A stretch of 25,616 nt of DNA, from positions 1 through 25,616 of the IMG/VR virus record IMGVR_UViG_3300000756_000046, one strand, 5' to 3'. The notes under the pieces are model-generated. The model was given only the letters and a program-made list of their open reading frames with translations, was not told the DNA's origin and did no database searches. Every line of letters starts with the position of its first letter. Within the stretch, counting starts at the first letter, position 1. The stretch comes from a virus (Duplodnaviria > Caudoviricetes). Position numbers and translations under genes: made by a program. Positions 24,564 to 25,616 of the stretch are shown one piece after another.

Positions 24564-25616
24564 TTATTGGTTTGCTTCTAATTGAGAAATTCGTGCATCT
24601 AACTCTTTTATGCCAGCCGTGAGTAAGCCTACCATTGTTGACATATCTATCATTTGTGGCATAATTTCACCGTCCGCAGTAACAGCATCTTTTATACCAC
24701 TAGCAGCATATGAAATAACTTCCTGCACCTCATGCGCTAAGAAGCCATCATAAACAATATCATTATTTGGGTCTTTAAATTGAAAACTAACGGGTCGCAG
24801 TCGCCTAATGCGCTCAATTGCGTCGTTAATTTCGGTAATGTTTTCTTTTAGGCGATAGTCGGATGATGTAGTGTAAGCAGTCGTATTGATTGCGTTAGAA
24901 CGAATATCTCCAGATACAGTACCTCCCGCCATAAATGTTGCATGAGCGTTTGGCGTAAAACCTGAAGGTCCTGTTGAACCATTTGACAACCAACCCATAC
25001 CTACGCCATACGCGCAGTATGTTCTTAGATTTCCATATGCTGTATAACCCCAGTTAGTGGTTGAGTCTAAAGCACTAGCACTAAGTTTTACATAGTTATT
25101 TTGGTGATTTGAAGCAGTACCCGTAAGACTTGGCGCTGTAATTGCACCTGTAACAGTCAAGGTTCCATTTTGTGTTGCAGTTCCATTGCCAACTTGTAAA
25201 GTACTACTGTGGTTTCCCCCAATATCTACACTACCAGCAGTAGTTGAACGCAAATATATTGATACATCACCAATAGAATTGCCAAGCAATAAATAACCTT
25301 TATTTCCTTCCACACTAGAATAAACAGTGGCAGCGCCAAGGTCGCCAATAGTTAACGATGACGATGAAGGGCCATCAACAGTTAATCCAGTCAAAGTACC
25401 TACAGAAGTAATAGTCGTTGCTGCCGCAGGCAGTCGGGCGTTATTTAAAGTACCTGAAGTTAAAAGGCTTGCATCAGTTGTTGCAGGTCCTGCAGGCCCT
25501 GTTGCACCAGTCGCACCTGTTGGTCCTGTAGGCCCTATTGGTCCTGTTGCACCCGTTAAACCTGTTGCACCAGTTGCTCCAGTAATACCCTGAATACCTT
25601 GAATTCCAGTAGCGCC
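24564..25616 (-). CDS. Collagen-like fibre protein with C-terminal peptidase S74 intramolecular chaperone; 5' end lies outside the window
   Basis: Frame is open to the window end: [45 protein letters not shown] (Gly-X-Y); C-terminal [11 protein letters not shown]...LRPVSF...[10 protein letters not shown]...[13 protein letters not shown]. Confidence 0.9.
   Translation of the reverse strand, partial: GATGIQGIQGITGATGATGLTGATGPIGPTGPTGATGATGPAGPATTDASLLTSGTLNNARLPAAATTITSVGTLTGLTVDGPSSSSLTIGDLGAATVYSSVEGNKGYLLLGNSIGDVSIYLRSTTAGSVDIGGNHSSTLQVGNGTATQNGTLTVTGAITAPSLTGTASNHQNNYVKLSASALDSTTNWGYTAYGNLRTYCAYGVGMGWLSNGSTGPSGFTPNAHATFMAGGTVSGDIRSNAINTTAYTTSSDYRLKENITEINDAIERIRRLRPVSFQFKDPNNDIVYDGFLAHEVQEVISYAASGIKDAVTADGEIMPQMIDMSTMVGLLTAGIKELDARISQLEANQ
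25482..25616 (-). repeat. Collagen Gly-X-Y coding repeat (15 triplets within the window)
   Basis: 9-nt periodic GGN-GCN/CCN-ACN pattern on the minus strand. Confidence 0.9.

Noticed and set aside
24564-25394. ORF-track start at 25394 for the S74 fibre
   Set aside because: The frame stays open through the collagen repeats to the window end, so the true start is outside.
25327-25593. Plus-strand PVAPVG-repeat ORF
   Set aside because: Antisense reading of the collagen Gly-X-Y repeat.
1-25616. Stop-codon recoding, introns or inteins
   Set aside because: Genes are full length in the standard code, all three stop codons terminate genes, and TerL, portal and MCP have ordinary sizes.

Overview
The whole window is one co-directional (minus-strand) late region of a tailed dsDNA phage with podovirus-type architecture. 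No tape-measure, sheath or tube gene is recognisable. In transcription order (right to left): partial collagen-like fibre with a C-terminal S74-type chaperone; 52-aa coiled-coil ORF; large terminase with an N-terminal HTH-like extension; portal; Q/P-rich hypothetical; a 2353-aa protein plus three 290-454-aa proteins (probable internal virion/DNA-ejection proteins); two small very basic proteins; a near-consensus sigma70-type promoter with a structured ~130-nt leader; scaffold; small Cys/His protein; major capsid protein; a terminator-like hairpin; adaptor; nozzle-like protein; two fibre/receptor-binding proteins; an M15 peptidase endolysin; a secreted Thr/Pro-rich protein; three small membrane proteins; and two tandem small ORFs sharing QMWKEFGxWLRAxDV that run off the left edge. 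An actinobacterial, possibly freshwater, host is my inference only. The most notable signals are the tandem QMWKEFG ORFs, the mucin-like protein inside the lysis cassette, one ~70-aa beta-module shared by capsid, adaptor and fibre, and the palindrome-overlapped promoter with a multi-hairpin leader. All assignments come from motifs and synteny read by eye; no searches were run.
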